This document shows positions 12,906 to 25,084 of a stretch of DNA of 64,000 nucleotides, one piece after another. The position numbers and the translations under genes are program-made. The notes under the pieces were generated by a model, which had not been told where the DNA came from, did not search any database, and saw only the letters and a program-made list of their open reading frames with translations. Each line of letters begins with the position of its first letter. Within the stretch, counting starts at the first letter, position 1. Origin of the DNA: Selaginella moellendorffii (taxonomy: Eukaryota > Plantae > Lycopodiophyta); NCBI RefSeq assembly GCF_000143415.4, contig NW_003314334.1, positions 876,108 through 940,107 of the forward strand. The letters run 5' to 3'.

Positions 12906-14622
12906 TCACATAATAGCCTCACAATAGTCCTCATCTGGAAATGTCTTATCATTGAAGGGTTGCACATATAACACGTAGTCATTCTTGAGCTTCTTTATGA
13001 AATGCTTGGCAATATCCCAGCGGGGATACACCCCACAAGTGCGAAGTGAAGATTGATGCCTCTCTATGGCAATGGCATACTCATGAACTGGTTGACAGAC
13101 TTGAGGAAGTGCTCATCTACGTGTAACGCAGCGCTATGATCCCGTCACATCCACCCGGAAAACTTACATCCCTGGGCCTGACGTAATAGCCTGTGCTGAC
13201 CTTCATCTTCTTGATGTTTCCGATGCTCCTCAATGGAACCCTGTCGAAGTCCTGCACCGAGACGCAATCCTTCTAGCAGAAGCCATCCAAAGGCTTCACC
13301 GTCTCTTCTTTCTCGCACAATACATTCAAGTAGATCCTCTTGATGTAGCTGGAGCAGTACTCCCCCGTGCTGGCGTCCAGAACGTAAGTCGGGTCCAGAC
13401 GTGCCATATCTGCATCTGTTCTGCACGCACCTTGTACTTGTATCTTACTGGCCCTTTTCCGCACCTCATCAATCTCACTGTGTTGAGCAAACGCCCGCAG
13501 GACGCGATCCCAATACTCATCTTCGTCGTTCAGCATGGCTATCATTTCATCGGTTGCTTGTAATGTCTTCCTTCGACCATATTGCATCCACGACGGCATG
13601 CCTTCAAGTGTGTCAGTCTCAGCGAGCGCCAAGTCTCGAAGAACAGTCTCGCAGCAGGCGGACATAGCATCAAGGAAAAGCGGGACGAGTCCAGTGTAGT
13701 ATTCGATGCTGGAACGACGAGCTGGAAGTTTACCAAGCACGCAATTCCCAGAGAAGGTGGAATACTCTTCCTGAAACAAAGATTTCAAGCATGAAAACCA
13801 TGAACAAAATATTGGCCGGCTTCTTACCTCGTCAAAGACAGCTTTCTGGCGTTTATAAGTGAACGATGGCAATTGATTCTTCCTGCTTAAAATACCCGCT
13901 TTCGGACTAGTGCACCAACAAATTCTTGTACCCGCGCTCAAAAGCACGCGCAGATCCTTCTTCGCTGCCAACTTCGCGTCGTGGTCATACACTGGCTTCC
14001 CAAGGAAATCACTTGGATCAAGTGCCTCGCCTCCGTCTATAAAGAAGTAAAACACTTCTGCTCTGTTCTTCTTGCGCTCCTTGATAAACCCAAGCGCCTC
14101 CTCCATCGACACGATGCTCGCGATGGCAGCTTCAGTCTCTTGCCAGCCGGCGACTTGCCTGGCCTCGTCCACAAGATATGAGAAGAGGAGCGCGTTCTTG
14201 GTTGCCTCCACCTGATCGATCAGGAACGTCTCTGCCCACAGGAAAACCGGCCGGTACTTCACACCCTCACGCAACTGGAGATGTATGCGCTTCTCTCGAT
14301 TCTCCTCGTCGTCGGGAGTGTTGAGCCACTTGTAGAGAACACACGCCATGGCTCTAAAGTCGGATGACTTCCCAATGCCCTTGGGGCCGACGATCAAAAC
14401 CTCACGACCAGAAATCCAGATGCCCAGCAGCTCAAACAGCGTGTTCCCTCGACCCACGTAGTTGAGCTCCACCGGAGGCCTGCTAACCGGGTCTCCTATG
14501 CCTGGATATGGCAGGAGAGTGGACTTGCCTTTGATGAAGACATCGTCTTCATTCATGTCGAGGATGGTCTTCACCGCCTCCCTTGCTTCCTCTAGCGTAA
14601 CATATTCGCGCTTGGTACCCAT
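12906..14622 (-). pseudogene. P-loop NTPase with decayed C-terminal nuclease-like region (Crinkler/RHS-like NTPase+REase architecture)
   Basis: ATG 14622; Walker A GPKGIGKS; Walker B FYFFIDGGE; in-frame intron-like segment about 13771-13827. After TAG 13273 the same frame continues YYVRPRDVSFPGGCDGII, then further coding-like frames run to about 12906. Confidence 0.55.
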
Positions 14623-14789
14623 CCAAGCACCTATAATGCCTAAAAACCCTAAAGACACCAAGAACCCTAAACCCTACATCCAACGGCCTAAATTCAAAGA
14701 GTTCGCGCCAGTTATCTGAATCATTAGATGGTCAAAAACTATGACCGGTCAATGTCTGTTCAACGGTCAACGGCCCAACGACCAAAAAC

Positions 14790-17502
14790 TTATTTTTCAA
14801 TCAAACGATGCTCTTCTTCCGAGCGCGCCAACCGGTTGTACTCGTGAAGAAGTTCTTTGATTCTCTCGCCTTCTTCTGTGAGCTCGTCAAAGATGGAGCT
14901 CTCGCCGATCCTCCATGCCCAGTTCCCAGACTAGCAAAAGTAGAAGAGCTCGTCAGCGTACTGCTTGCAACGAAGATACACCACGCTGTGTTGTTACTTA
15001 CCTTCACTGCCGGTGTGTTCATCCGAGCATCGCTGTCGAGGCTCAAGACGTCTTGCATTGGGATGATTGCCGTGCGTGCCACGGACGAGAATGCCGCCCT
15101 CATGAGCTCCCAGGAGATGGCGTCCTCGTCTTCCAGGCGCAAGTAAGTTCTTGCCTGTACGCACGTTAAACTTGTTAGAAAACCACTGCGTTCACGAAAA
15201 TTCAAAGCACACCTTTTCCTTGTCTTCTTCGCTCGCCTTAGACCACCATCCAACACTCTAAAAGACATGGATTAGTCGGCAAAACAAGTATGCAAAGTTA
15301 AGAGTTAATTACTGTGTCATTGTCGTGCGTTCCCGGGTAAACAACTTGGTCTACCTCGTGGTTGTGCAATATGTGAGGATTCTTTGGGTTGTTCCCAAAG
15401 GCTGCATTGGATACATTAGAGTGAAAGAATAAGTATAACGGTGGAACCATACCGAAGTGTAGCACAACCATGCCCGGCGCTTCAATCGCCTTTCTAAGCT
15501 CCACAACGTCCGTAGTTATGATCCCCTGCGCATAGCATGAGCGCTAGTTTGCTTTCAAAAGGATGTACTTACCAGGTCTTCGGCAATGATGTCGATCTTT
15601 TTCCCCACGGCTTTCTTTATAGCGTTGAAAAACTCGACTCTTGGTCCCATCTGCAATTCGGTTTTAGGTACTATCATCATGCAGACTCATAAAGCTTACT
15701 TTCCAGCGACCATCAATTGCTGTTTCAGCATCTGTTACGCAACGTAAGAATGTCAGTAAATATCTTGATATGCAGTGTTGTTTTGGACATACCAGCAGGA
15801 ACTGCCCAATATCCTGCAAGCCCACGGAAGTGATCGATTCGAAACTCGTCATAAAGCTCGAAAGCACGCTTCATTCTTGAGGCCCACCACTTGTAGCCAT
15901 CTTTTGCCATCGCTTTCCAGTTGTATAAAGGGCTGGAAGATTACTGAAAGACAAGGTAAGCAAGTGCAACTTAAATATTTGGAGCTCTCACCTTCCCCAT
16001 AGCTGGCCAGTTTCACTAAAACAGTCGGGTGGAACACCGCTAACTAGAACGGGTTCGCATGTTTTTTCGTCCTGCGAGATATTGAGTCCGTCCTTGTTTT
16101 TGAAAAGAAAATGGAAGCGTACCATCATAAACTGTGTCCGATGGACCCAAACATCAGCACTATGACCTCCTACGTAAATCGGCATGTCGCCAATAATCTT
16201 GATTCCTCTTTCATTTGCGTACGTATGCAAAGCTTGCCACTGCTTTTGAAACAAAAATTGTTGCGCAATAAAAACGTCAATCTGTAATAGAACGAGTTAG
16301 AACTAGAACAACTAGCACTTTGTTATTACAAAGTCTTTATGCTCTTTCCGAGCTTTATCTAGTGCCGAAGGATTTCTATCTCGCAGAGGCTCTGGCCATT
16401 GCCACCAGGCTCCGTCATCGAAATGTGAATCTATAGCTGCAAATAAAGCAGCTTCTTCCAGCCAGCCTACATTTGTTGCATGATTAGAGCATCCATTAAA
16501 AAACACAACATGGACTTACTTGCAATTTGGGGGCTCTTTCGAAAATTTTCGAGATCCTTCTTCAAAGAACCTCCATTTTGCACCAAATTCTTTGCAGCCT
16601 ATGAAACAACGGGAAAGAATAAAGCGGTGATGCAAACGAAACAGGCAGACCTTTTGAATCAATGGATCCTTGAGCTCGGCTACAGCTTCATAGTTAATTT
16701 TCTCGACAGGTCTGTAAGATACAAGTCATTTCCGAAGGAAGAAAAGAAACCAGCTTACATAGCCTCAGGAATATCTTCTTCTTCCAGAAGACCATCTTTG
16801 ACGAGTTCAGTCAGCGAGATCAGAAGAGTATTCCCGCAGTTAGCATCCTGTCAATCGCAGAACATAAGAACTCGGATGAAAGAAAAACGCCGCTTACTTG
16901 TCCAGCGTAAGGCGATCCATCCTCTCCGGCTTTTCTCCCAGGAGGTACCAATGGCAGAACCTACGAGAACAAAAACTATAAGCGAATGATTCAAAGACAA
17001 ACAAAACAAAGAGCTAGAATACCTGCCAAATGCGACATCCAGTAGACTCGAGCCAATCGAGAAATCTAAAAGCGTCTGGACCAAGGTCTCCAATCCCATG
17101 CGGTCCAGGCAAAGAAGTAGGATGCAAAATAATCCCAGCTCTTCTGGGCATGGCCTTCTTTGAAGGATCATCCTTCTCATACTCGTCTGGCAAATCATCC
17201 CCCGGCGATAGAGCACTGGAAACCATTCTCCTTCTCGAAGATCTGCTGCTCGAGTGCTTGAAATCCTTTCTAGAGATCCATTCCCTGTATGAAAAACCTG
17301 GCAAAGCGCTATAAACCCTACAGCTACACCTCCCCGGATCGCAACACGAAATGCTGCCCAATGCCGCTGCTGCTGGACGGATCCGGCGAAATCTCACCTG
17401 GATTGCTGTGGCCGATGGCGCCGCGGATGACGATGCCGACGATTCTTCCAGGCGAAGAGCTGTGGAAGGATTGAAACTAGGGCATCGAATGGAAGCCGCC
17501 AT
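14790..17502 (-). CDS. DPE1: 4-alpha-glucanotransferase / disproportionating enzyme 1, plastid-targeted, many exons
   Basis: Ser/Ala/Arg-rich transit-peptide-like N-terminus; RRAGIILHPTSLPGPHGIGDLG; IIGDMPIYVGGHSADVW; RIDHFRG; YPGTHDNDT; PMQDVLSLDSDARMNTPA; GNWAWR. Confidence 0.95.
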
Positions 17503-17655
17503 AGCCAATCAATCCAGCATTCTACTATCGCCCGAGAAAAGAGAAAAGAGCGCCTTTCTAGCCCTCGCCAACGTGGCAGGACATAAAGTAAATATTCTCT
17601 GGAATCGTTTTGAAAACTGGATATTCTCTTGCATCTTTTTTGGGGGTTAGGGTTT

Positions 17656-18900
17656 ATGGATCTCGAAGATTTTGAGGTAGACTTCGATCTTGGCGAGTTC
17701 CTCAAGAATGGCGATCGAGCAGAGGTCAGTGATTCGATCGCAGCAGCTGGCACGCCAGCGCCAGCAACAACTCCAGATTTCCGTCAGGGTTTTGCGGGTA
17801 GCGATCGGGCAGTCTCTCCTCTTCCAGAAAATCCAAGCTCCAGCCGCTCTGATTTCCTGGATTTCGGCCTTGGAGAGGGCGCAAGGATCTTAGGCACGAG
17901 TGCCAAGCGATCTTTGCGAGAAAACGATCAAGGTAACGTCCAGAAGAAAGCGAAGACCGCATCAGAGGAGCCGATGTTCTTGGATTTCCTGGACATGGAG
18001 GATAGTCTGGACTGGACTGTGCCAAAGACTCTCAACGTTGCCAGCAGTCCTGCAAGAGCCGACGAAGAACCTCCACAACGGAGCTTAGAAAACGACTTTG
18101 GTGCTCCAGAGATTTTTGGAGCAAAGTCACAAAAGCTTGCTTACACGATTCCAGGACCAGCCGGGGCCATGCAGCTGGGCATAAAACGATCAGAGCCTTG
18201 CGAAGTTTCGCGCAAAGAAAATCCTTTTGATCACTCGGACTTTAGAAGTTCTGCGTGGCTGGCGGCCCTTCGCTACTGTCAGATCGGCGAGATTGATCCG
18301 GGTAAGCTCATCTTGTTTCTTTCTTCTCTCTCTTTCATGACTTGATTTCCACGACAGTGAAGTACTCACGTCGTGATTCCACAATCAGCCATATCAAGTC
18401 ATCCTCTTGTGTCGAACGTATTCCCCAGGTAAACTATATTGCCATTGTCTGGACGACCATCTTCTTTACCCTGTAGTTTACATGGTTTTCTCGATCAGCT
18501 GCTTGCGATAATCCAATCGTGTACTCCAAATGGATGCGGAGACGCTTTTGTGACACTCAAGGTACAGTCGTCATGGAAAGGAAACATAATTTGAGCAAAG
18601 TTCCTGGAGTAGGATCCGACAGGCACGATTGGTGGAACCGTCCACAAGAGAGTGCTTGCCGAGACTGAATTTGGCAGGGACATTGTGCCAGGAGCAGTTA
18701 TCCTCCTGTCCAAGGTGAATTCAACGTCACATATTTTCGCCTTACGAGAGATTGGATTCAGGTGACCGTGTTTAAGCAATCGATTCGGGCTCAGTACCTC
18801 AACATCACAATCCACAATGTTGTACAGGTTTGCTTTTGCTTATTCTGTTAACCGTCGTTAATGTTTGGCAATTCCCCAGGTTTTTAGTGCAAGTTGCTAG
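17656..18900 (+). CDS. HROB: Homologous recombination OB-fold protein (HROB/MCM8IP-like, DUF4539)
   Basis: IPGPAG and DFRSSAW motifs. Spliced C-terminal exons read GDAFVTLK/DPTGTIGGTVHKRVL..PGAVILLSK/VTVF..YLNITIHNVVQ/VF. Confidence 0.8.
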
Positions 18901-18957
18901 ATATCTACTTCAGCTAGAAAATTATTTTGAAGGTAAGATTTGACGAGCTTAGTCTTC

Positions 18958-20055
18958 TCAGTTGTTCTCTGGTCTTCCGCAGGGCCACGTTTTGTTCTTG
19001 ATAGGAGCGAGAATCTCTTTCACTTCGTCAAGAATGTTTTCGCAGTCCACAGAGCTCCTCTCGAGATTGTCCATTGCCTTGATGTTCTCGTGGACTTGCT
19101 GGGTAGTACACATTCCAACTAGAGTGATTGCGATATCTGGATTTGAGAGGGAGAACTTCAATGCTATCTCCGAGATGTTCTGACCCTTGAGTTTGCAGTG
19201 AGTAGCAGCCTTGGCGCAAGCTTCCTATGAAAAAGAAGAAGAAAGGTTTCCACACCGAAGTTCTATAACTTAGCAGTACCTTGATTTCTTCCGGCGCTGG
19301 ATGCCACTGCGGAGGACCAGACTCCGTGAATAATCCCATGGCGAGTGGCGAAGCAGTGATGATCCCGACTCCCTTGTCCTTAAGGTACGGAATTAGACCC
19401 TCGAGCGAGGAATCGTTGAGGGAGTAGTGGCAGTATGATAGAATAACGTCGACTGTTCCAGGCTCGACTCTGTCCAAGACGTAGCGAAAGATGGCCAGTG
19501 GAAGTCCGCTCATTCCAATGAAGCGGACTTTGCCTTGTCGTTTCAAGCCAAGCAGCGCTGGGATCGTCTCGGAGATCACCTGGGAAGAGAGGTATCGTTC
19601 CAGATAAGACTTTTGCTAAGCTATCTTACTTGATCGAGCGAGCCGAATTCGATGTCATGGCAGTGGATGATGTCGATGTAGTCCAGCTTTAATCGCTCCA
19701 AGCTCTCGTCGACGCTCTCGAGCACTCGCTGCGCGCTAAAGTCGAAGCCATCGCTGTATCTTCCACACTTGGTGGAGACGACAAACTTCTCCCTGGGAAT
19801 GGACTCGAGAGCTCTTCCCAGGACTGTCTCTGCGTTGCCATAGCATCTGGAGTCTTCCACTTTAGAAACTTAGAAGACGCTCGGTGTTTCTTACGGAGAA
19901 ACATCAAAGAAATTGATGCCAAGGCGAATCGCCTCACGGACGCTCTCGATTGCCGATTCCTGGCTCACGGGCCCGAAGACACTCCCAAGCGGTGCTCCCC
20001 CAAAACCCAAAGAACTCACCTCTAAGCCCGTGCTCCCCAATTTCGTGTACTTCAT
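18958..20055 (-). CDS. GalDH: L-galactose dehydrogenase (aldo-keto reductase, ascorbate pathway)
   Basis: MKYTKLGSTGLEVSSLGFGGAPLGSVFG; GINFFDVSP; STKCGRYSDGFDFSA; IHCHDIEFGSLDQ; DVILSYCHYSLND; ASPLAMGLFTESGPPQWHPA; C-terminus PIKNKTWPCG. Confidence 0.92.
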
Positions 20056-20260
20056 CTCGTCCGACAAGCCCTAAAAACCCTAAAGGATCGCCACCTTTTA
20101 AAGTTTATAGTATTCATCCCTCATTGATCTTGGCTAGCTCGTTTCAGGGTCACAGAGCAACCAATGCAAGACTCCAGTATTTCCTCTCCGGGAAGCCTTG
20201 AAAAAGTTGGTCAAGAAAACAACAGCATAAATATGCTTAGCATATTTTATTATTCGATTA

Positions 20261-21414
20261 TTAATACTTAATCAACATTTGTTTGGGCCTGTCCCGTACG
20301 ATGACGTACTCACTGCAACACACTGCAACGCAAGAAATGAAACTTTAGAGTTGTGTAAGACGATCAAACTCCAAGACTTACTGGATTCCAAATTTTTCTC
20401 CTGGAATGTAAAGCTATACCCCATGGCGTCAATGTCTCGGACGAGATCCATGATTGTTCGCGGCCAATCGTCTTTGTGCTTGCTCGTTTTCGACGGATAA
20501 TACATTGTGTGGAGCTCAAACAGGATCTGGTCGGGCAAGAACTCCTGTACGGCATGCAAGAAACTCGAGAAAAAGTTGGCAAACAACTCAAAACTCAACT
20601 AGAAATCTTCACGCCAAGAACCATGGAAGCTTACCTCGTTCTCGGATTTAAACCCCTCGAACACCTCATACTCGCCATGCTCGATGTCCATCTTGAGAAG
20701 AGAGATGCTCGTCACTCCAATCTCTCTCGCGGCAGTGCTAAGCCTCTTGAAAATCCTGCCATGTTCATCCTTTCCATCGATTCCCCCGAGACACCACGGA
20801 TGGAAGCTCGTCTTTGGGTTGGACCACTCCCCCGTGCAATCGAAAGTGTGGATCTCACACTCGCCATTCGTGTGTGCGTGGATCGCCTCCTCGAAATCGA
20901 ACTGGTTGTTTGATCCCAGCGAGAAGATCACGCACTTGGGGCCGAGGACTCGGATCGGACCACAGAGCCACTTGCCGCCATCGCCGGAAGCTCCGATCCT
21001 CTGCAGGGAGTTCGCGTCGCAGTGGTACGTGGGCGTGATGAGATCGAATATCTGCCAGTTGGAGTTGGGCTTGAATCGATCCAGCTCCTCGTCCGGGGAT
21101 TGGTAGAGCTCGTCCAGGCTGCGCAGGTACTGATCCCGCCGGAGAGCGTTCCAGCAGTCATCGTCGACCCCATTGGAGGGGTGCCAGAGGCAATTGCGCG
21201 ATCGCGTGGCGTCGCTGATGGAGCTTCGGATCCGGGGAACTCTGGAAAGGGCCTGGGTTGGATCGACTCTTGGAGGGATCTTGAAGGCTTGGGATCTTGT
21301 GGTAGGGAACTTGGAGAGGATCATTGTGAATGAAGCGATGGAGTTTTGCCTGAAGAGGAGGATGAGAGTGCTAGAACCGACCAGGAGCACTACGATCCAT
21401 AGTGGACCTGGCAT
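20261..21414 (-). CDS. Membrane-anchored SAM methyltransferase, METTL24/Methyltransf_22 (FkbM-like), copy 1
   Basis: N-terminal hydrophobic anchor; RIGASGDGGKWLC; FSLGSNNQFDFE; IHTFDC; LLKMDIEHGEY; QILFELH; 3 exons. Confidence 0.85.
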
Positions 21415-21530
21415 TGTAAGAGTTTTTAGGGTTTAAAAGTTGATACACCGAAAACTTTAAGAATAGAATAAGAAGTTTGATATACCAATGAATCGCATAT
21501 TGTGGTTACACCAGTTCTTGGAAAGCTATG

Positions 21531-21854
21531 TCACTCGTAGTTTGTGAAGCTAGCGAGTTCTTCCGGAAGAAGATCCGAGAAGTAATTCACGCCAAATCGG
21601 CAGCTACTCTCCTCGGCGTTCATCTTTTCCACCCACAGCCAGGTCTTCTTGAAGATCTCAAATCGTTGCTCCTTTTCTTGGGAATCCTTGTAGCGCTTGT
21701 TGTGGATCAAAGCCCACGACTCGAATTCCTTCCTCAGTGGAGATACGCCCGATTGTGAACAAGCTTTCACTCTCACGCATCGCCTAAGATTGCGATCGAT
21801 CGAAGCTCCAAGCGTTCCACTTGCCGCGCCATATCTTATCGCCAGATGATCCAT
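21531..21854 (-). CDS. Stand-alone cathepsin propeptide inhibitor (I29) domain protein, or truncated papain-like protease
   Basis: FESWALIHNKRYKDSQEKEQRFEIFKK (ERFNIN-like) and GVNYFSDLLPEE (GxNxFxD), followed by a stop. No C1A catalytic domain follows. Confidence 0.75.
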   Translation of the reverse strand: MDHLAIRYGAASGTLGASIDRNLRRCVRVKACSQSGVSPLRKEFESWALIHNKRYKDSQEKEQRFEIFKKTWLWVEKMNAEESSCRFGVNYFSDLLPEELASFTNYE

Positions 21855-22113
21855 TTGCTTAAGAGTGACGACCCTAATCCAAAATTATAGTGTGAAAAAG
21901 GAAAAGGAAACTTAAATAGAATCATATTAATTATCGACAAAGCAAAGAATATTCTTAATTTAAAATATAATAAATCGGAAAAAGTCAACCTGGTTTGAAA
22001 AGAGCGACCATTCAAATTTTTAACAAAAGTTTTTAACATCAGCTTTCTTTTCGCAGTCGGTGCACTTAATTTTTCTTGTTTTGATTCTTAGGCACGTCCC
22101 TCCCAACCCAGCA

Positions 22114-23296
22114 ATGCGACCGTCATGGATCATCGCCCTCTTGATCGCTTCTTGCGGACTCATCCTCTTGCTCAAGGAGAACTCCTCTTCTTTCAATCTC
22201 TTCCTCCTCTCCAATCTTCGTCCCAGGACGCCTGAGGATCTCATCGCCATCCGGGAAGCCATCGCCAGCTACCAGGTCCCTCCCAGAGTCGACCCAAACC
22301 GCGCCCTCTCCAGAATCCCCCGGATCCGAAACTCCACCAGCGACGCTTTGCCACCGCCCAGCTGCCTCAAGCTTCCCTCCAACGGGATCGACGACGATTG
22401 CTGGAACGCTCTCCGGCGGGATCAGTATCTGCGCACCCTGGACGAGCGCTACCAATCCCCGGACGAGGAGCTGGAGCGATTCAAACCCAACTCCAACTGG
22501 CAGATCTTCGATTTGATCACGCCCACGTACCACTGCGACGCGAACTCCCTGCAGAGGATCGGAGCTTCCGGCGATGGCGGCAAGTGGCTGTGCGGGCCGA
22601 TCCGAGTCCTCGGCCCCAAGTGCGTGGTCTTCTCGCTGGGATCGAACAACCAGTTCGACTTCGAGGAGGCGATCCACGCACACACGAATGGCGAGTGTGA
22701 GATCCACACTTTCGATTGCACGGGGGAGTGGTCCAACCCAAAGACGAGCTTCCATCCGTGGTGTCTAGGGGGATTCGATGGAAAGGATGAAAATGGGAGG
22801 ACTTTCAAGAGGCTGAGCACTGCCGCGAGAGAGATTGGAGTGACGAGCATCTCGCTGCTCAAGATGGACATCGAGCATGGCGAGTATGAGGTGTTTGAGG
22901 GGTTTAAATTCGAGGAGGAGGTAAGCTCTTGTTCTTAGTGATTCCATCTTAGATCATAGTTGTGTTGATCGAGCTATGTTTTGGCTACACTCTACAGGAG
23001 TTCTTGCCTGACCAGATCCTGTTTGAGCTCCACACACTGTTCTACCCGACGAAAACGAGCAAGCACAAGAGCGATTGGCCTCGAACGATCATGGATCTTG
23101 TTCGAGACATCGATGAGATGGGCTATAGCTTTGCATTCCAGGAGAAGAATCTCTTTTGCCGTAAGTCTGTCCAAATCTTTCAAGTGTGAGTTCTAACTTT
23201 TGTTTTTCATCTATTTTGTTTCACCCAGCGGCTTGCAGCGAGTACGTTATTGTACGGGACCGAAAAAAGCTGAAGAAACGGTCGTTGTTTCATTGA
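22114..23296 (+). CDS. Membrane-anchored METTL24/FkbM-like methyltransferase, copy 2
   Basis: MRPSWIIALLIASCGLILLL anchor; same catalytic motifs and intron positions as copy 1; near-identical core DNA in inverted orientation. Confidence 0.85.
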
Positions 23297-23455
23297 CTAA
23301 AATTCGAGAATGGACAACAGATTAAAAGATAATGCTCAAATTTATTGCTCAATTCTAATAATTTTTTTTTATTGGTTGTGGTTCTTGTTATTTGGAATAC
23401 CAATGTATCCACGATGCCATTACAAGATAGTAAAAGCTGGTAGATGTCACATGCC

Positions 23456-24793
23456 CTAATCGTGCCATGTGTTGTTCTTGGGGTTGATCGTGGAGGGCCT
23501 GTCGCGGACAATCACGTACTCGCAGCATTTGACTGCAAGCAAGCAAGCAAAAAATTTCGGCAAAGATTTAGAAACTATATCTATCACGGAGATCGAAGTA
23601 AAACCATATACTATCAGCGAGATTGAGGAAAGGTGGCAGCGTAACTTACTCCATCCCAAGTTCCTCTCCTCGAATGCAAAGCTATAGCCCATGGCATCGA
23701 TGTCTCGCACGAGATCCATGACCGTGCGAGGCCAATCGTCCTTGTGCTTGCTCGTCGCGGGGTACCCAAATGTGTGGAGCTCGAAGAGGATTTGATCCGG
23801 CAAGAAGCCCTGCAAAGGTGGCAACTCAAGAAGGTTTCCAAACTTTTCAAGAGCTTTCCCTACCTCGTCCTCGAATTTCAATCCCTCGAACACGTCGAAT
23901 TCCGCGAGCTCGATGTCCATCTTGAGCAGCGAGATGCTCGTCACGCCAATCTCTCTCGCGGCAGTGCTCAGCCTCTTGAAAATCCTCCCATTCTCATCAG
24001 TTTTATCCTCTCCCCCGAAACACCATGGATGGAACTTGGTGTGTGGATTGGACCACTCCCCCGTGCAGTCGAAAGTGTGGATCTCACACTCGCCACCCGT
24101 GTGCGCGTCGATCGCCTCCTCGAAATCAAACTGGTTGTTCGATCCCAGCGAGAAGATCACGCATTTGGGCCCAAGAACCCTAACTGGCCCACACACCCAT
24201 TTCCCGCCATCTCCCGGGACCCCGACCCTCCGCAGGGAATTCGCGTCGCAGCGGTACGTGGGCGTGATCAGATCGAAGATCTGCCAGTTGTCGTCGGGCT
24301 TGAATCGCGCCAGCACCGAGTCTGGCGACTCGTAGAGCTCGTCCAGCACGCGCAGGTACTGGTCGCGGCGGAGAGCGTTCCAGCAATCGTCGTCGACGCC
24401 GTTGGAGGGGTGCTTGAGGCAATTGGGCGACGGATCCATGGAGATGGTGCGCTGCTCGCCGGGGGCGCGGATCCTTGGGACGCGCGAGAGGGCGTCGAGC
24501 GGGCGCACGGCGGTGAGATCGTAGTGAGGGAGGGGCTTGAATTGCGACACTCGGGGTGGCGGTGGAGATGTTCCAAGCGAGACGTCTTGGGATCGAAGAG
24601 CGCTGGGATTGAGGAAGAGGACGAGCAAGAGTGTCGAGAACAAGAGGGAGAAGACGATACCCCAGACTTTGATCCCTGGGATCATGGTGGTGTTGCTACT
24701 AGCGGCGAGCTTCTTGATCACGTAGGCATCGTAGTTCTTACCGTGATGGAGCTCGTCCTCCTCGTCTCGCTGGCTGGAACGAGCATTGTCCAT
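23456..24793 (-). CDS. Membrane-anchored METTL24/FkbM-like methyltransferase, copy 3
   Basis: TM segment VWGIVFSLLFSTLLLVLFL; GDGGKWVC; SLGSNNQFDFE; LKMDIELAEF; CCEYVIVRDRP. Confidence 0.85.
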   Translation of the reverse strand: MDNARSSQRDEEDELHHGKNYDAYVIKKLAASSNTTMIPGIKVWGIVFSLLFSTLLLVLFLNPSALRSQDVSLGTSPPPPRVSQFKPLPHYDLTAVRPLDALSRVPRIRAPGEQRTISMDPSPNCLKHPSNGVDDDCWNALRRDQYLRVLDELYESPDSVLARFKPDDNWQIFDLITPTYRCDANSLRRVGVPGDGGKWVCGPVRVLGPKCVIFSLGSNNQFDFEEAIDAHTGGECEIHTFDCTGEWSNPHTKFHPWCFGGEDKTDENGRIFKRLSTAAREIGVTSISLLKMDIELAEFDVFEGLKFEDEVGKALEKFGNLLELPPLQGFLPDQILFELHTFGYPATSKHKDDWPRTVMDLVRDIDAMGYSFAFEERNLGWSKLRCHLSSISLIVYGFTSISVIDIVSKSLPKFFACLLAVKCCEYVIVRDRPSTINPKNNTWHD

Positions 24794-25084
24794 GGTTGAG
24801 AGATCGATCTATTAGGCAACCATAAAAGAGGGATCGATCAAAGTGGATAAGTTGATATACCAGTATCCTTGACTTTGTTGAGATGCTACATAGTACGTGA
24901 ATTATGGCTCAAGCAAATCACCCACGATCATCGATGGACGTTTGGAAAAAAAGAGGAAGCTTGATTTAGAAGCAAAGAGAAAAAAGGAAAAAAGGAAAAA
25001 AAAAAAAACAAATAAGATGCTAAACCTTCATTTGGCTTGTCATTGACTGGGTTGACTTTTGATTGACTTTCATTGTGATAATGA

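Noticed and set aside
13273-14622. NB-ARC/NLR interpretation of the P-loop ORF
   Set aside because: It lacks the GMGGxGKTT, RNBS, GLPL/MHD pattern and LRRs.
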